Shown in pieces: positions 44,719 to 56,940 of a DNA stretch of 64,000 nt. The notes below the pieces were generated by a model, which was not told where the DNA came from, did not search any database, and saw nothing but the letters and a program-made list of their open reading frames with translations. Source of the stretch: Hyaloraphidium curvatum SAG 235-1. Lineage: Eukaryota > Fungi > Monoblepharomycota. The translations under genes and the position numbers were made by a program. Every line of letters starts with the position of its first letter. Positions within the stretch are counted from its first letter, which is position 1. Location: NCBI GenBank assembly GCA_025558095.1, contig JAIVFI010000011.1:186001-250000 (forward strand). Reading direction: 5' to 3'.

Positions 44719-46099
44719 ATGGAGCCGCAGATGAGCGCCGCGGAGCAGTTCCAGTACGAGATGGACCGCGACACGTAGTGCGTTCGCACCCCGCCGGGAC
44801 TCCTGCCTCCCATTCTCACCACCTCCCGCCGGACAACCAGCGCGACGCAGCTCCGCACCCTGCATAACATGGGATACTCCGACGAATATGCCGCGGTTAA
44901 AGCACTTAGGAAGAGCAACGGCAGCGTGCCCGGCGCCATCGACGCGCTCCTCGCCGCCCCCCCCGCGCCGGCCGCCCCTCCGCGCCCCGCCGCGCCGCCT
45001 GCCAGCACCGGTCCGCCGCGTATGAGCGTGGAAGGCAACCCCTACCGCGCCGAGATCCTCCGCCTGGAGGAAATGGGCTTCGCGGACCGGCAGAAATCCT
45101 ACGACGCGCTGAAGATGACCAGCGGGAACGTGGAGGCGGCGGTGGAGGTCCTGCTCGGCGGGGACGGCGGATCGGCCCCCGTACAGCCGCAGAGGCAGCA
45201 GCCCGCGCCGCAGGCCAGCCTGCCGCGGCAGCAACCGCCGCCGGCCGGCTTCGCGCAGCAGCCTCCGCCCCCGAGGTTCCCGCAGCAGCAGGCGCCGCCC
45301 GTCGCCCGGCCGCCGGCGCCGTCGAGCACCACCTTTGTCAACGACCTCATCGGTGGGCTTCCCCCGCCTTCGTTTGCAGCCGGCTGACCCGCTTCGGCGG
45401 CAGATCTGGACTTCTCCACCCCCGTCGCGCAGCCCCCCCGCCCCGCGAGCTACGAACAGCAGCAGTACCAGCGGCTGCAGGCGCAGCAGGGGTACGGCGG
45501 GGGTTACGGCGGCGCGGGGTACGGGCCGGCGTCGGAGGGGTACGGCTCGATGGGGAGGGCGCCGCAGGGCGCTCTCGGAGGCGGGACGATGGGCGGGCAG
45601 GGGATGGGCACGGGCAACCAGGGTGGGATGAATATGGGGAGCCAGGGGGCGCTGAACATGGGAAATCAGGGCGCGCTCGGAGGCGGGACGATGGGCGGGA
45701 TGGGGTCGATGGGCTCCATGGGGTCGATGGGCTCCATGGGGTCGATGGGGTCGATGGGGTCGTTGGGACCGGCCGGAGGGTATTCCTCCACCGGGGCACC
45801 GGCCGGAGGGTATCCCTCGACCGGGCCGGGGATGGCGACGGGCACCGGGGTGCCCGGAACAGGTTACGGCCAACCAACGGGCTGGAACTCGGCGCCCGCG
45901 GGCGGGTACGACGCCAGGTACGCTCCCTCACCCGATCGCGAGACGCGCGCGCTGATTTTCGCGCAGCAGGGGGTACCAGACCCAACAGCAGGGCGACTTT
46001 GCCGCGTTCCCGCCGCAGCCGACGCCGGGGGGTTACGTCGATCCGTACGCGAACACCGAGGCGCTGCGGCAGGCGAACCAGAACCCGTTCCAGCGGTGA
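44719..46099 (+). CDS. Tandem UBA-domain protein with Gly/Met/Gln-rich low-complexity tail and C-terminal NPF motif
   Basis: LHNMGYSDEYAAVKALRKSNGSVPGAIDALL and LEEMGFADRQKSYDALKMTSGNVEAAVEVLL; terminal ANQNPFQR. Confidence 0.8.
45700..45762 (+). repeat. 9-bp coding tandem repeat encoding (MGS)x7
   Basis: atggggtcg/atgggctcc units read directly. Confidence 0.9.
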
Positions 46100-46207
46100 A
46101 GGGGCGGGGTATAAAGGAACTGTGGCGGTTTAGTTTGGTGATTTGAATCTTGCGGGAACGGAGATCGGGTATGAGGGGGTATTATTGCCGTTCCGAGGCC
46201 AGAAGCC

Positions 46208-46863
46208 TTAGTCATCCTCCCCCTTGTCGAGATTGATCGACTGGCGCGGCACAGGAATCAGCACCGTTCGAGCAGGAGCCCTTCGAACCCACCTTTCCGA
46301 ACCGCCCGTACAGCAGCACCTTGAGCTCGTCCATGCGCTCCTGGACCTTGTCCATGTCCCCTTCCACCCGCTTGGCCTCCTCGCCGACGGACTCCTGCGC
46401 CTTGGCAACGCGCTCCTTGGCTTCTTCGAGGGGAAGGAGCGCGAAAAAGTCGCCGACGCGGTAGCTGTTGGCCGAGGAGGGTCAGCGAACCGAATCGGCC
46501 CGGTATCCCCGAGAGAAACGGCCGCCAACGCGTCTCCGCCCCATCCGCTCCGCCGTGGTTCCTAGGAAACCGACCTGACGGGCTCCTCGTCGTCCAGCAC
46601 CAGGTCCAGCTCCCCCGCGAGGTCCTCGAGGTACTCCCGCTCCCGCGCCCAGTCCTTTGCCCGCGCCTGCAGGTCCTCGAGCCGCGCGTTGAGCTTGGAA
46701 AACTCGTTGATGCGGCTCTGGTCCTCCCAGGTGACCTCGATGTCGGCGTCCTCGCCTTCCTTGAGCTGCCGGGGGTCGATTGCGGCGGGGAGTGCGGGCG
46801 GAGAGGGTGAGGAGGCGGTCCGGAGGACGGCTGCTCGGGCAGACGGACCATTTTCCGTTCCAT
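46208..46863 (-). CDS. GIM3: Prefoldin subunit 4, multi-exon
   Basis: EVTWEDQSRINEFSKLN, YRVGDFF, MDELKVLLYGRFG and SINL. Confidence 0.93.
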
Positions 46864-46987
46864 TTACGCGCCGCAAAGGGCGGAGGAGATACGTGACGCG
46901 TTCGGGCCGGGGCACTTGCGGGATAGATCGGCGCTGAGAAGCTTCGTGCGAATCGCGACGCAACTCGGTCAACGTGTCGCCGCGAAA

Positions 46988-47932
46988 ATGAACCGACCGC
47001 CGCAGCAGCAGCCGGTACGCCTTTCGCCTTCTCTGTCTCCGATGCGCTGACGCCCCAGCAGGGCGCCTCTCCCCTCGCCGACGCCCAGGCATGGTTCCAA
47101 TCGCTCCCCTTCGTCACCCGATGGCTGTTTGCCCTGAGCGTCGGCACAACCCTCGCGGGCAACGTGGGCCTGGTGCACCCGTTCTCTCTGGTGTTGATAC
47201 CGGCGAAAGTGTGGAAGCTGGAGCTGTGGAGGCTCGTGACGTGCTTCTTCTTTGACAAGCTCGGTGGGCTCTTCCCCGGCGTACCTGGCAGATGCTGGCG
47301 GGCTCTGACGCGGCGGTACAGGGTTCAACTTTGCCATCAACCTCTACTTCCTCTACAAGAACTCGCTGGAGCTCGAGTCTACCCTCTACGCCGGTCGCAC
47401 GGCCGACTACGCGTTCTTCGTGCTCTTCCAGATGGCGTGCCTCGCGGCGGCGGGGGCTTTCATGGGCTGGCTCGTGTTGTTCGAGGGGCTCATCATCGCC
47501 ATCATCTACCTCTGGGCGCAGTACTACCGGGACAGGACCGTGAGCTTCATGTTCGGGTTCCAGTTCAAGGTGGGCTCGTACCCCGATCGGGTGGAGAACG
47601 GCCCGCTAACGATGGGGCAGGCGGTCTACTTCCCCTTCGTGCTCCTGGGGTGGGACTTCCTCACCACCGGCCACGTGCCTTACGTCAAGGTCGCCGGCAT
47701 CCTTTCCGCCCATCTATACTACTTCCTGGACCGCGTACTGCCGGAGCAGCAGGGCGGGCGGCGGATCCTGCAGACTCCGGCGTTCCTGGCCGCCGCGATC
47801 CCGCAGGATCCGGCGCCGAGGGCCGCGGGCTTCGCGGCGGGGGGCGGCGTTGAGGCGGTGCGACCGCGGGCGGCGGAGGCCGAGCCGCGGCAGAGGCACG
47901 CGTGGGGAACGGGGCACAGGCTGGGAGAGTAG
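46988..47932 (+). CDS. Derlin (Derlin-1/Dfm1-like ERAD rhomboid pseudoprotease), multi-exon
   Basis: LPFVTRW, ELWRLVT (WR motif), GRTADYAF, GILSAHLYYFL and C-terminal SHP box WGTGHRLG. Confidence 0.93.
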
Positions 47933-48049
47933 CGATCGGGGTCCGAGAGCAGCCCTGGCGTGTACTCGGTTATACTCGGTCTGTTTCTGTTTGAGGGATC
48001 ACGATCACGCGATAAGCCCGCCCTGACGATTCAGGCACCCTGAACAACG

Positions 48050-49084
48050 ATGCCGCCCACGCGTTACGCCCGCCTGTTCCCGCCGTCGCCGCTGCTTGAC
48101 CACTGCGTGCGGCTGCTGTCGACGGTCAGCGGCACCGACAAGGTGCTCATGGTCGCGCAGTACGCGGCGCGGCTCGCGGCGCACCGCCTGCGCGGCGCGC
48201 GTGCGGCGCCGGCCCTGGCCGCGTCGCTGTCGAATCTCGCCGCGCCGCTCGAGGACGTGCGATACGTGCTGCGGTACTACGCGCTGCTGCCGATGGTGCA
48301 GTACTCGTCGTGTGGGTGCGGCGCAGGGGGCCCCCGCGCCGCCTGACCCCGGTCCCGGCCAGACATGGAGCACAACCCGCCGAGCAACCCGCGATTGCTG
48401 GCCCTGGGGCGGCTACAGAACCTATGTGGGTGGCGTTCGCGGGCCGTTGGCTCTCGGGGGGCCCTGAATGGACCCCACCAGGCATGTACTTCTACTATCC
48501 CCTGGAGCACGTCTATTGGTTGGGCAAACACGGCGTTATCCCGATATCGAAGGTGGGATGGATATTGGGCGCCGCTTTTCTGGCGTTCTGAGCCCGTGGA
48601 ACAGGAAACGCAGGACCGGGCTTCGCTCTTGTCGGTCCGCCTTTGGATGACCTACGTGATCCTCTAGTGGGACCCGGTCTGCCTCCTCTCGGCCGACCGG
48701 CACTCATTTTGCCCTATGTTTTCAGCTTCCTCCACCTCGCGGAAGAGTACCGCGTCCTCGGACTGCGCCAGACGCAGCTCGCGCTCAAATCGACCGAGAG
48801 CCTGGACGGCTCGGATATGGAGCGCAGCATGGCACGGCTGCGGAACGATCGGCAGGCATGGGGCCTCAATTTCTGTGGGTTTCTTTGCCGTCGGGATCAC
48901 CCAAGGGCGCGATCGGCTTACAGTGCCCAACTCCCCTCGAACAGTGATGAACCTGGCCTATTTCCCCCTGACGCTCCACTGGAGCTTGCCGGACCGAAAA
49001 CTGCTCGACGAAGGGCAGGTTGCCTTCTTTGGAACGGCTGCGGGGCTACTGCAGCTCCAGAAGGCGTGGCGAGGCACGGCATGA
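48050..49084 (+). CDS. PEX11: Peroxisomal membrane protein Pex11 family (Pex11C-like), multi-exon
   Basis: LSTVSGTDKVLMVAQY, DVRYVLRYYALLP, YYPLEHVYWL and NLAYFPLTLHWS. Confidence 0.85.
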
Positions 49085-49302
49085 CGGATGTCGGCCCGAC
49101 GGACAATGACGCTGGCAAGGCCGTTGAGACGGCGCTGAAATGTACTTGCACGCTCTAATTCAATTGCTGTTTCTGGTAAGTGAAGGGGCATGATCGATCA
49201 GAAGCCGCTTCGGCTGCGCCGGCCCGTTTGCCTCGCCGCGCCTGCGGTGGCAAGGGAGACAATCCTTCCACATCCTTCCCCACGCCCTCCGGACCGCCAA
49301 AG

Positions 49303-52069
49303 ATGGCCGTGTCGTCGCAACCCGAGACCCTGAAGCTCGACTTTGACCCAGATGCGGTGCATTTGCTCCGTGTTTCGTGCCGAAGTGCCTGTTCGATCCG
49401 TTGCCTCCCTCCCGGACCTCCTCCTACCCGGTTCCTCTCCAACCACAACCGCCTCGTTCTCCCGATCCCTGATCTCATGCTCTTTACTGCGGCCCCGCAC
49501 GTACCTACAATTGCCTCGGGTGCTGCCGATCCCGGGCCACCCAGCTCCTGGCCCGTTACCTGCAGGAGAGGGACAAGCGCCTGCGGTCGGACGGGCAGGA
49601 CCAATACGTTCGGATCGGCGAAGGAGTGGGCGCCAAGTACGCAGAATGGTCGGAGCTTTCGGACACGGGTCGGTGCAGAGGGTGCTCATGTCCTTCTCGG
49701 GCAGGTTCACGGATATCTGGTCCGAGGCGAAGCCGAGGGAGGCGCTAAACATCGAGACCACGGCCGTCATCTTGGGATCGGGGTTCAGCGGGATCCAGAT
49801 GGCCGCGCAGCTCGTTGCGAGGGGCATTACGGACTTCAAGATCATCGACAGGGCAGGAGACTTTGGCGGGGTGGGTGACTCCTGTCCTGGTTCCCCGTGA
49901 CGGCAGTTACTGACCTGCTGCTGCCGAACAGACCTGGTACTGGAACGTGAGCCGCTTCTTTGGAGTCAGAGACTCTTGACTTGCGCGTCTGACTGTTTCT
50001 AAGCGGTACCCTGGCGTTGCCTGCGACTCCGAGGCCTACTGCTACTTGCCTTTGCTGGAGGAAACCGGATACATGCCCAGCCATAAGTACGCCGCGGGCT
50101 ACGAAATAAGACAGCATTGCGAGCGTATGGCGAAGTATTACGGTCTCTACGAGCATTCGCTGCTCAACACGCCGGCCGACTGGTTCCGCTGGGACGACGA
50201 GGCGGCGTTGTGGCGGGGAAAGACAAAACGCGGTGATACCGTGACGTGCAGGTTCCTTGCCGTTGCGGCAGGAGGTGGGCAGATTGCGTTTGGGGCCGTG
50301 ACTGATCCTCACCTGCGTCCATCGCCAAGGAATCAACCACCCGCACATCCCTAACGTTCCTGGGATCGAACTCTTCAAGGGGAAGGAATTTCAGTTGGTT
50401 TTCTTGCCTGGCATCTTCTTCTCTTCGTGCTAACCCCTTTTGCAGCACCGCGCGCTGGGACTTCAAGTACACCGGCGGCTCCCCCGATGGGGACTACAAC
50501 ATGACCGGCCTGAATGACAAGACCGTGGCTCTCATCGGTACGTTGCCCGCTTTTCGTTGATTCTCGATCCCACCTAACGCTATTTACTGCAGGCACTGGC
50601 GCCACTGCCATCCAGTGCGTCCCCTTCCTGGGCGCTTCGGCCAAGAAGCTCTACGTCATCCAGCGCACCCCCTCGGCCGTGGACGTTCGTGACAACAAGC
50701 CCACCGAGTGAGTCCACACCGTGGCTCCGTCGGTCCTTTATGCCAACTCGCGGCACCGCAGCCCGAACTGGGTCAAGTCCCTGCCGAAGGGCTGGCAGGC
50801 CACCCGCGACCACAACTTCCAGGTCTCTTCCATGGGCCCCCTCGCCGGCGACCCCGAGGAGCTGCTCGACGACGGCTTCACGCGCACGACGCGCGAGCAG
50901 TGGAAGCTCGTTGAGAAGATGTTCAAGGGCGCCGACATCCGCGCGCCCGACGGGCGGCCCTACACCCGCAAGGAGCTCCTCCAGATCGGGGATTTCATGC
51001 TCATGGAGAGAATCCGGAAGCGGTGCGAGGACGTGGTCAAGGACAAGAGGACCGCGGACCTGCTCAAGCCGTGGTACAACATCTGTAGGTGGATGGATTG
51101 GGTGAGCATCATCCCGCGGGCTGACAGAAGCTCCTCAGGGTGCAAGAGGCCAGTGTACAGCGACACGTACCTGCCCACCTTCAACCGCCCCAACGTCGAG
51201 CTGGTCGACTGCTCGCAGTCCAAGGGCATCGAGCGGATCACCGAGAAGGGCGTCGTCGTCGGGGGCAAGGAGTACGCGGTCGACTGCATCATCTGGGCGG
51301 CGGGCTACCACCTGCCCGCGGGCGAGACCTTCCGCGATTTCGAGGTCTACGGGCGCGGCGGGCTCAAGTGGGACGAGGCCATGACCAAGAAGGGCGGTTA
51401 TGCGTCACGTGAGGTCCTCCATTGGTTCACCGAAGTTCTTCTCATCAGTGGAACATCGACAGTCTACGGCGTTGTCACCAACGGCTTCCCCAATTATGCC
51501 CAAACTGCTGCTCGCCAGGCCGCCGTGTCGGTCAACATGCCAAGGTTGGTCAACATGCTCGGTCCCGGCGTGGGAATGTTCACGGTCCCTTTCGCAGCGT
51601 GCTCAACGACCAAGCTATCTTTGCCGGCTACTTGATTGCGGAGGCCATCAAGCGCAACCTCCGCACCTTCGAGGTCACTCGCGAGGCCGAGGAGGATTGG
51701 ACGAAGCAGGTGCTGGCCAAGGCCGGGAACACGGCGTTCTCGAACGTCGAGGGATCGAAACTCTGCACGCCCGGTAAGCTCTTCAGATGATGCTGTATTT
51801 GCCGATCTGACCTTGTGCCGTTCGCGTGCAAAAAACTCGCAGGCTACTACAATGGTGTGTTCTCGGTCCCAATGATGTTTGCAAGCAGCACTAACTCCTC
51901 GGCGCTTCAAACAGCCGAGGGCGACCTTTCCAAGCTCGCGAGCAACCTCCGCGGCGCACCCTACGGCGGCGGTCCCCTTCGTTACCGCGCCTTCATGAAG
52001 AGGGACATGGACAGCGGAAAGCTGCCAGGATTCAAGGTCGAGTACGCCGACTCGCGGCCTTCACTGTGA
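49303..52069 (+). CDS. Type I Baeyer-Villiger monooxygenase (PtlE/PamO-like flavoprotein), many introns
   Basis: [39 protein letters not shown] fingerprint [56 protein letters not shown] and YGGG. Confidence 0.93.
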
Positions 52070-52297
52070 TGGGCCGATGCCAGTGGGAACTTGTGTGTGC
52101 AGTGGATTGAAATGAATGACTACGCTGTTTGTTTTGGGAGCGAGTGATTCGGTGAATCACGTGGGTCAGGGCCCCCGCCGGAGTTTGGAGGGATTGACCC
52201 GGTCCCAAGTGCGTGACGTGGTTCGGGGCCGGCCGTTGGACCGGGGTTTACGGGGCGGAGAAGAAGGCGGAGGAGTGAGTGCCGGCCGCGGACCGCC

Positions 52298-54372
52298 ATG
52301 GCGTCGTGGGCCGAGGCGATGGAGGACGGCGACGACGACTCAGAGTACACCCACCTCGCGAGCGACACCTTCGGCGGCGAGGTCGTACCGGTCGCCGCCT
52401 TGTCGTCGCCGGCCGCGCGGCTGCTGCTCTCGGTGCTCCGGCCGGTCGCGACCACGGCTTCGCTCGTGCGGTACGCCCAGCGCACGGTGTCTTCCACGGC
52501 CTCGGAAATCTCCTACTTCGCCCATCTCTCCTACGCAATGACCCGCACGTTCGTCGAGGGCGTCGTCCACCACCACGTGGCCGGGCCGCCGAGAGAGTCG
52601 TGGGGCATCGGACTCAACCTGCTCACAAAGGTGGGTTGCCCGGGCCTTGGACCCCGGCCTCCCGCTCACCTTGCCGCCAGGTCATGAGGGCCAACATCTT
52701 CTTCCCGAAGCACACCATGACGCGCATACGCCGGCCCGAGCAGCTCTTCTCCCCCCTCCTCCCCACCCCGCTGGACATCCGGATAAAGTCGTTCCGCTTC
52801 ACCGTCAATAAGGCGCTGCTGCTCCGCGCCGAGCGCGAGTCGGCGACCTGGTGGGGCGAGGGCGTCGGGAAGGAGCGGCACGTGGTCCCCGCCGAGATCA
52901 ATGATTCGCCCTTCTACGAAATCACCGGCGAATGGGTCGAGTGCACGTCGTCGCCGGGATACAAGGCCCGCGCGGGCTCGTGGGCGGCGTGGCTGGCGGG
53001 ACACGAGGACGGCGGCGGAGGGGACGAGAAGGCAATCTTCTACCTTCACGGAGGCGCCTACTCGATGCTCTCGGCCGCGAGTCACCGCTCCCTCACTTCG
53101 CGGATAGCGCGGGAGACGGGGATGAGGGTCTGTGCCATCAACTACAGGCTGGCCCCGGAACATCCCTTCCCGGCGGCGCTTCATGACGCTTTCGCAGGTG
53201 GGCCGCATCAGGAGCGCGAGCTTTGACATTAGTTCACTCATCTTTTCTTGTGGCGACCCACAGCATTCCTCTATCTGACGGAACCGGATCACCCCGCCAT
53301 CTCGCCGAGCCCCGCGCACTGCTTCCGCCCCGAGAACCTCGTTTTCATGGGCGATTCCGCCGGCGGCGGTCTTTGTGCCTCGCTGATGCTGTACTTGAAG
53401 GACTTTCTTCGGGACGAAAGCGGGCGTCCGCGTTTCGGACTCCCCGGCGGCTCGGTGCTCATGAGCCCGTGGTGCGACCTGACCTGCAGCCAGCCTTCTT
53501 GGTCGACCAACGCCCACACGGACTGGCTGCCTTCCGGCCTGACCGACATCTTCGCCCCCATGTACGCGGAGGACGGGCCCAACCCCGTCGCCGGCTACAT
53601 CTGGGGCCAGAAGCCCGACCCCGACCGGCGCTACCGGGCCATCCCGTCGGGAGACCCGTACGAGATGGTCGACGTGGGCGGCTGGGCCGTCGAGCGGCGC
53701 GTGCTGGACCAGGTCACCCACCCGCTCGTGTCGCCGCTGTACGGGGACCTCCGCGGGCTGCCGCCGGTCCTGATCCAGGCTGGCGACGCGGAGATCCTGC
53801 GGGACGAGACGGTGCTCTTTGCCAAGAAGTACTCGGCCGCGAACCGCCACCGCCGCGGCTCATTCGCCCCGGGGATGGACCACGAGGATCCCGTGCTCCA
53901 CGGCGGCCTGCACGGCCACGTGCGGCACGAGCTCTTCAAGGACATGGTCCACGTGTTCCAGGCTTTCCTCTTCCTGCACTCGGCGCAGGTGGCGCTGCAG
54001 AGCATCGGCCGCTTCACGCGCAGCCTGTTCGGCGAGGCGGAACGGTTCGACGAGGACGATGCCGTGCTCACGGTCGCCGCCCTGGAGCAGGAGGGCGACG
54101 TGATGGTGACGGTGCGGGACATGGACAACGAGGAGGAGCTGGCGGACGGCAAGACGGGGATGGAGATCGCGAGGGAGATTGGCGACGGGGAGCTGGAGGT
54201 GCTCCGGGAGGCGGTGGCGATGGAGGGCGTGGCGATGGAAGGCGCGGACGGGAGCGCCGATGCGGTGGCGGACGGGGATGAGGCCGCGCCGCCGTCGGCG
54301 GTGGAGGGGCTGGGGATAGCTTCGTGGCTGCCTCGGGGGGGGCACGGGCCCGTGACCTTCGACTTCTACTAG
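52298..54372 (+). CDS. Hormone-sensitive-lipase family (Abhydrolase_3) esterase, 3 exons
   Basis: [42 protein letters not shown]...[17 protein letters not shown] and DMVHVFQ. Confidence 0.92.
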
Positions 54373-54883
54373 CACCGGGCGGAATGCCCGGCTTTGTCCA
54401 TACGCAGAACCTAGATATGCGGCAAAGGTGCTGCCGATTGTACATACGAAAAGAAAGCGAACGCCTCAGTCTCGGACCACCGAGCGAGCACCGCTCGCTC
54501 GCGTCATGACCTCCTCCAAAGGGACAATGGACCCCTGGCAATCCAATGGCGCAATGATGGCTATGTCGGCCAAATATGGCCTAGCCTGACGGCGCCCCGA
54601 GAGCCAGCGGCAGCGGGCGGTGTTCAGGCCCCGGACCGAATGCATCCACCGCGGACCGCGCCGCGCCCGCCCTTCCCGGAGTCAAGCTTCCGCGGTCACC
54701 GTATCAAGCCGCGCCTGATGCTTGCATATAGAATGCACTTCTCCATCCTCCGCGGGCATTTTCAGGTTCCGCCGAACACGTCCGCCTTTTTGAGGGATGT
54801 GACCGCGCGGGCGGTGTTGGGAAGTTTTACAACTCACAGTTTGCCCCGGCAAACGCAGGCAGCAGCGCGCACGAGGTATCCCA

Positions 54884-56722
54884 ATGATGCGCTTCGCAGT
54901 CGTCGCCGCGTTCGGGGCGGCGGCAGCGCTCCTCGCCCCGGGGGTCAGCGCCCAAACGATCCCTGCCAGAGCGACGGCGCCGTGGCCCGTGCTCCAGTAC
55001 TACGACGCCGTCCTGTTCAACCGCAGCGGCGCAGCTCGGCTCGCCTGGGGCGACTATTGGGAGCGCAGCGACGAGTTCTTCTACGGCGATTACCTTGGGC
55101 AGACCCGCGAGCTCGAGTACACGGACGTCGGCGGCGTGGCGTGGTTCGCGGCCGATCTCGGCAACGCGACCGAAACCCTCGTGCTCCGCGTCGCGCAGCC
55201 CGGCAACGGATCCGTGCGCATCAGAGTCGGCGGCCCCACCGGGACGGTCCTCGCGAACTGCACGATCCCGAGGACCGGGAGCCTGGCCGCTTATGCCGTC
55301 GCCTCCTGCCCCATCCCGGCCGGCCCGCTCGCGACCGGGAACAAGACGATCGCCATCGAGAGACTGGAGGGAACCGTGCTGCGCCTCAACTGGGTCGCTT
55401 TTTGGGCCACGGGCACGGTGCAGTCGATCGACACCCTCATGAGCCGCCAGCGCAACTCGCAGCCGAACAAGCCGGTCCCTCCACGTCGGCTCGCAGGCAC
55501 GCCCGCGAGGTCGCAGACCATGTTGCCCCCAGCCAGCGCAAACCTCTCCGCAGCATACGGCGTGTGGGAACCCCTTGCTATCGGCGAGTGCAAGAAGTGG
55601 ATGCACGACTCGTACTCGGTGCTCGCGGATAGCAAGGTCTACCCGACATGGCACCCGCCCGTGGACTTTGACCCCGAGACCGGCGCCTACTGCACGTACG
55701 GACACGAGCACGGAGACGATCCCGCTGGATCCAGGGCTTTCTCCATCGGCGGCATGCCGCCCTTTGGGGCCGTCAACGAGGCCCACATGGCCAACAATGT
55801 ATCTCTCAAGCGACGCGAGGATCATGTCGGCCACAAGGTCCGCATCGTCAACAACATGACTCTCTACGAGGCCAACAACTCGACCGTCACCCGCGCATGC
55901 GACATCCTCATCAAGGTACCGTCTTGTTCGCACCCAAGGCATGCACTGGCTGACGGTTTCTTGCAGCTCCACATGGGAACGCACAGTCCCGACGCGCTGG
56001 TCAACACGGCGCACGAAGTCATTGCCTATGGACAGTGCGCGGGCTTGGAGGCCTACAGCGTTCGTTATTTCGCACTCTTTGGCGTGCCGGGGAGGTTCAA
56101 GGAAGCCGAGGCCTCCGGATGCAACCAAGGAATCGTGCCTGCGCTGCTTCCGAACCCGCCCAACCAGCCCTCTGGCGGCACCCACAGGGCGATTCCAACG
56201 CGCGACTGCTTCCTACGCGGAACCCTGGACGAGCAACTGGCCAATGTGGGGCGGCGTACGCAGGAGTTCTGGCTTGGGTCCGTGACCGGCAGCAACCTCT
56301 ACTCGGTTGTGGAGGACCCATCCAGGATCTACGATCCCTCGCAAAGCACCTTGATTGGCAGGACTCATGACAGTTGCTACAATGCATCGCATCCCCTTGC
56401 CGCTACGTTGGGCTGCCAGCTCACCGTCGCCTCCAGCCCGGTTCGCATTCCCTGGAATGATACCCGCTCGTACTTCCGCGGCGTTCGGCACGGCAACTCG
56501 CACATCTCCGGCATCGGTTTCCCCGCATCTAACGCAACCACTGTGTACACGGACGCGTACCTGCGCAATCCCCGGCTGGCACCCGATGCAACGAACGGCA
56601 TCATCTACAAACAGCTCGTGCCGCGCCGTGCTTTCAGCCTGCGCGTGGATGGTATGGCCAGCGTCTTTCCCTTCAGCGATTACTCCGCAGCCGGACGCAA
56701 CGGTGTGCGTGCACCCAACTAG
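54884..56722 (+). CDS. Secreted protein: CBM6-like module plus His-rich domain of unknown function; one in-frame intron
   Basis: Signal peptide; LRVAQPGNGSVRIRVGGPTGTVLANCTIPRTG (CBM6-like); YPTWHPPVD, CTYGHEHGDDP, EDHVGHKV, LHMGTHS. Intron 55916-55966. Confidence 0.75.
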   Translation: MMRFAVVAAFGAAAALLAPGVSAQTIPARATAPWPVLQYYDAVLFNRSGAARLAWGDYWERSDEFFYGDYLGQTRELEYTDVGGVAWFAADLGNATETLVLRVAQPGNGSVRIRVGGPTGTVLANCTIPRTGSLAAYAVASCPIPAGPLATGNKTIAIERLEGTVLRLNWVAFWATGTVQSIDTLMSRQRNSQPNKPVPPRRLAGTPARSQTMLPPASANLSAAYGVWEPLAIGECKKWMHDSYSVLADSKVYPTWHPPVDFDPETGAYCTYGHEHGDDPAGSRAFSIGGMPPFGAVNEAHMANNVSLKRREDHVGHKVRIVNNMTLYEANNSTVTRACDILIKVPSCSHPRHALADGFLQLHMGTHSPDALVNTAHEVIAYGQCAGLEAYSVRYFALFGVPGRFKEAEASGCNQGIVPALLPNPPNQPSGGTHRAIPTRDCFLRGTLDEQLANVGRRTQEFWLGSVTGSNLYSVVEDPSRIYDPSQSTLIGRTHDSCYNASHPLAATLGCQLTVASSPVRIPWNDTRSYFRGVRHGNSHISGIGFPASNATTVYTDAYLRNPRLAPDATNGIIYKQLVPRRAFSLRVDGMASVFPFSDYSAAGRNGVRAPN

Positions 56723-56940
56723 AAGTAGCCATGCGTGTTGGGCTCTTCAACTGCGATTTGGATCACAATTGTTTCCACCTTGTTATGTACAGAGCCCTCT
56801 CTTTCGGTTGTATGGAGAGTGACTAGAGCGAGATCTAGGAATTCGAGACGTTTTCCGTTGCTTCCCAGCCTGGACAGCGAGCAATCGTAGGGCAATTCAC
56901 TTCCACTCAATATGAAAGAATCGGGATGGTATAGGCAGGT

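Noticed and set aside
45690-45830. Short repeats that could be mistaken for a CRISPR or minisatellite element
   Set aside because: In-frame coding repeats (MGS; PAGGY) with no spacers and no cas genes.
49303-54372. BVMO + esterase as a ketone-to-ester-hydrolysis gene cluster
   Set aside because: The adjacency is biochemically suggestive, but the esterase looks like a generic fungal HSL/steryl-acetyl-hydrolase type and nothing in the sequence shows co-regulation.
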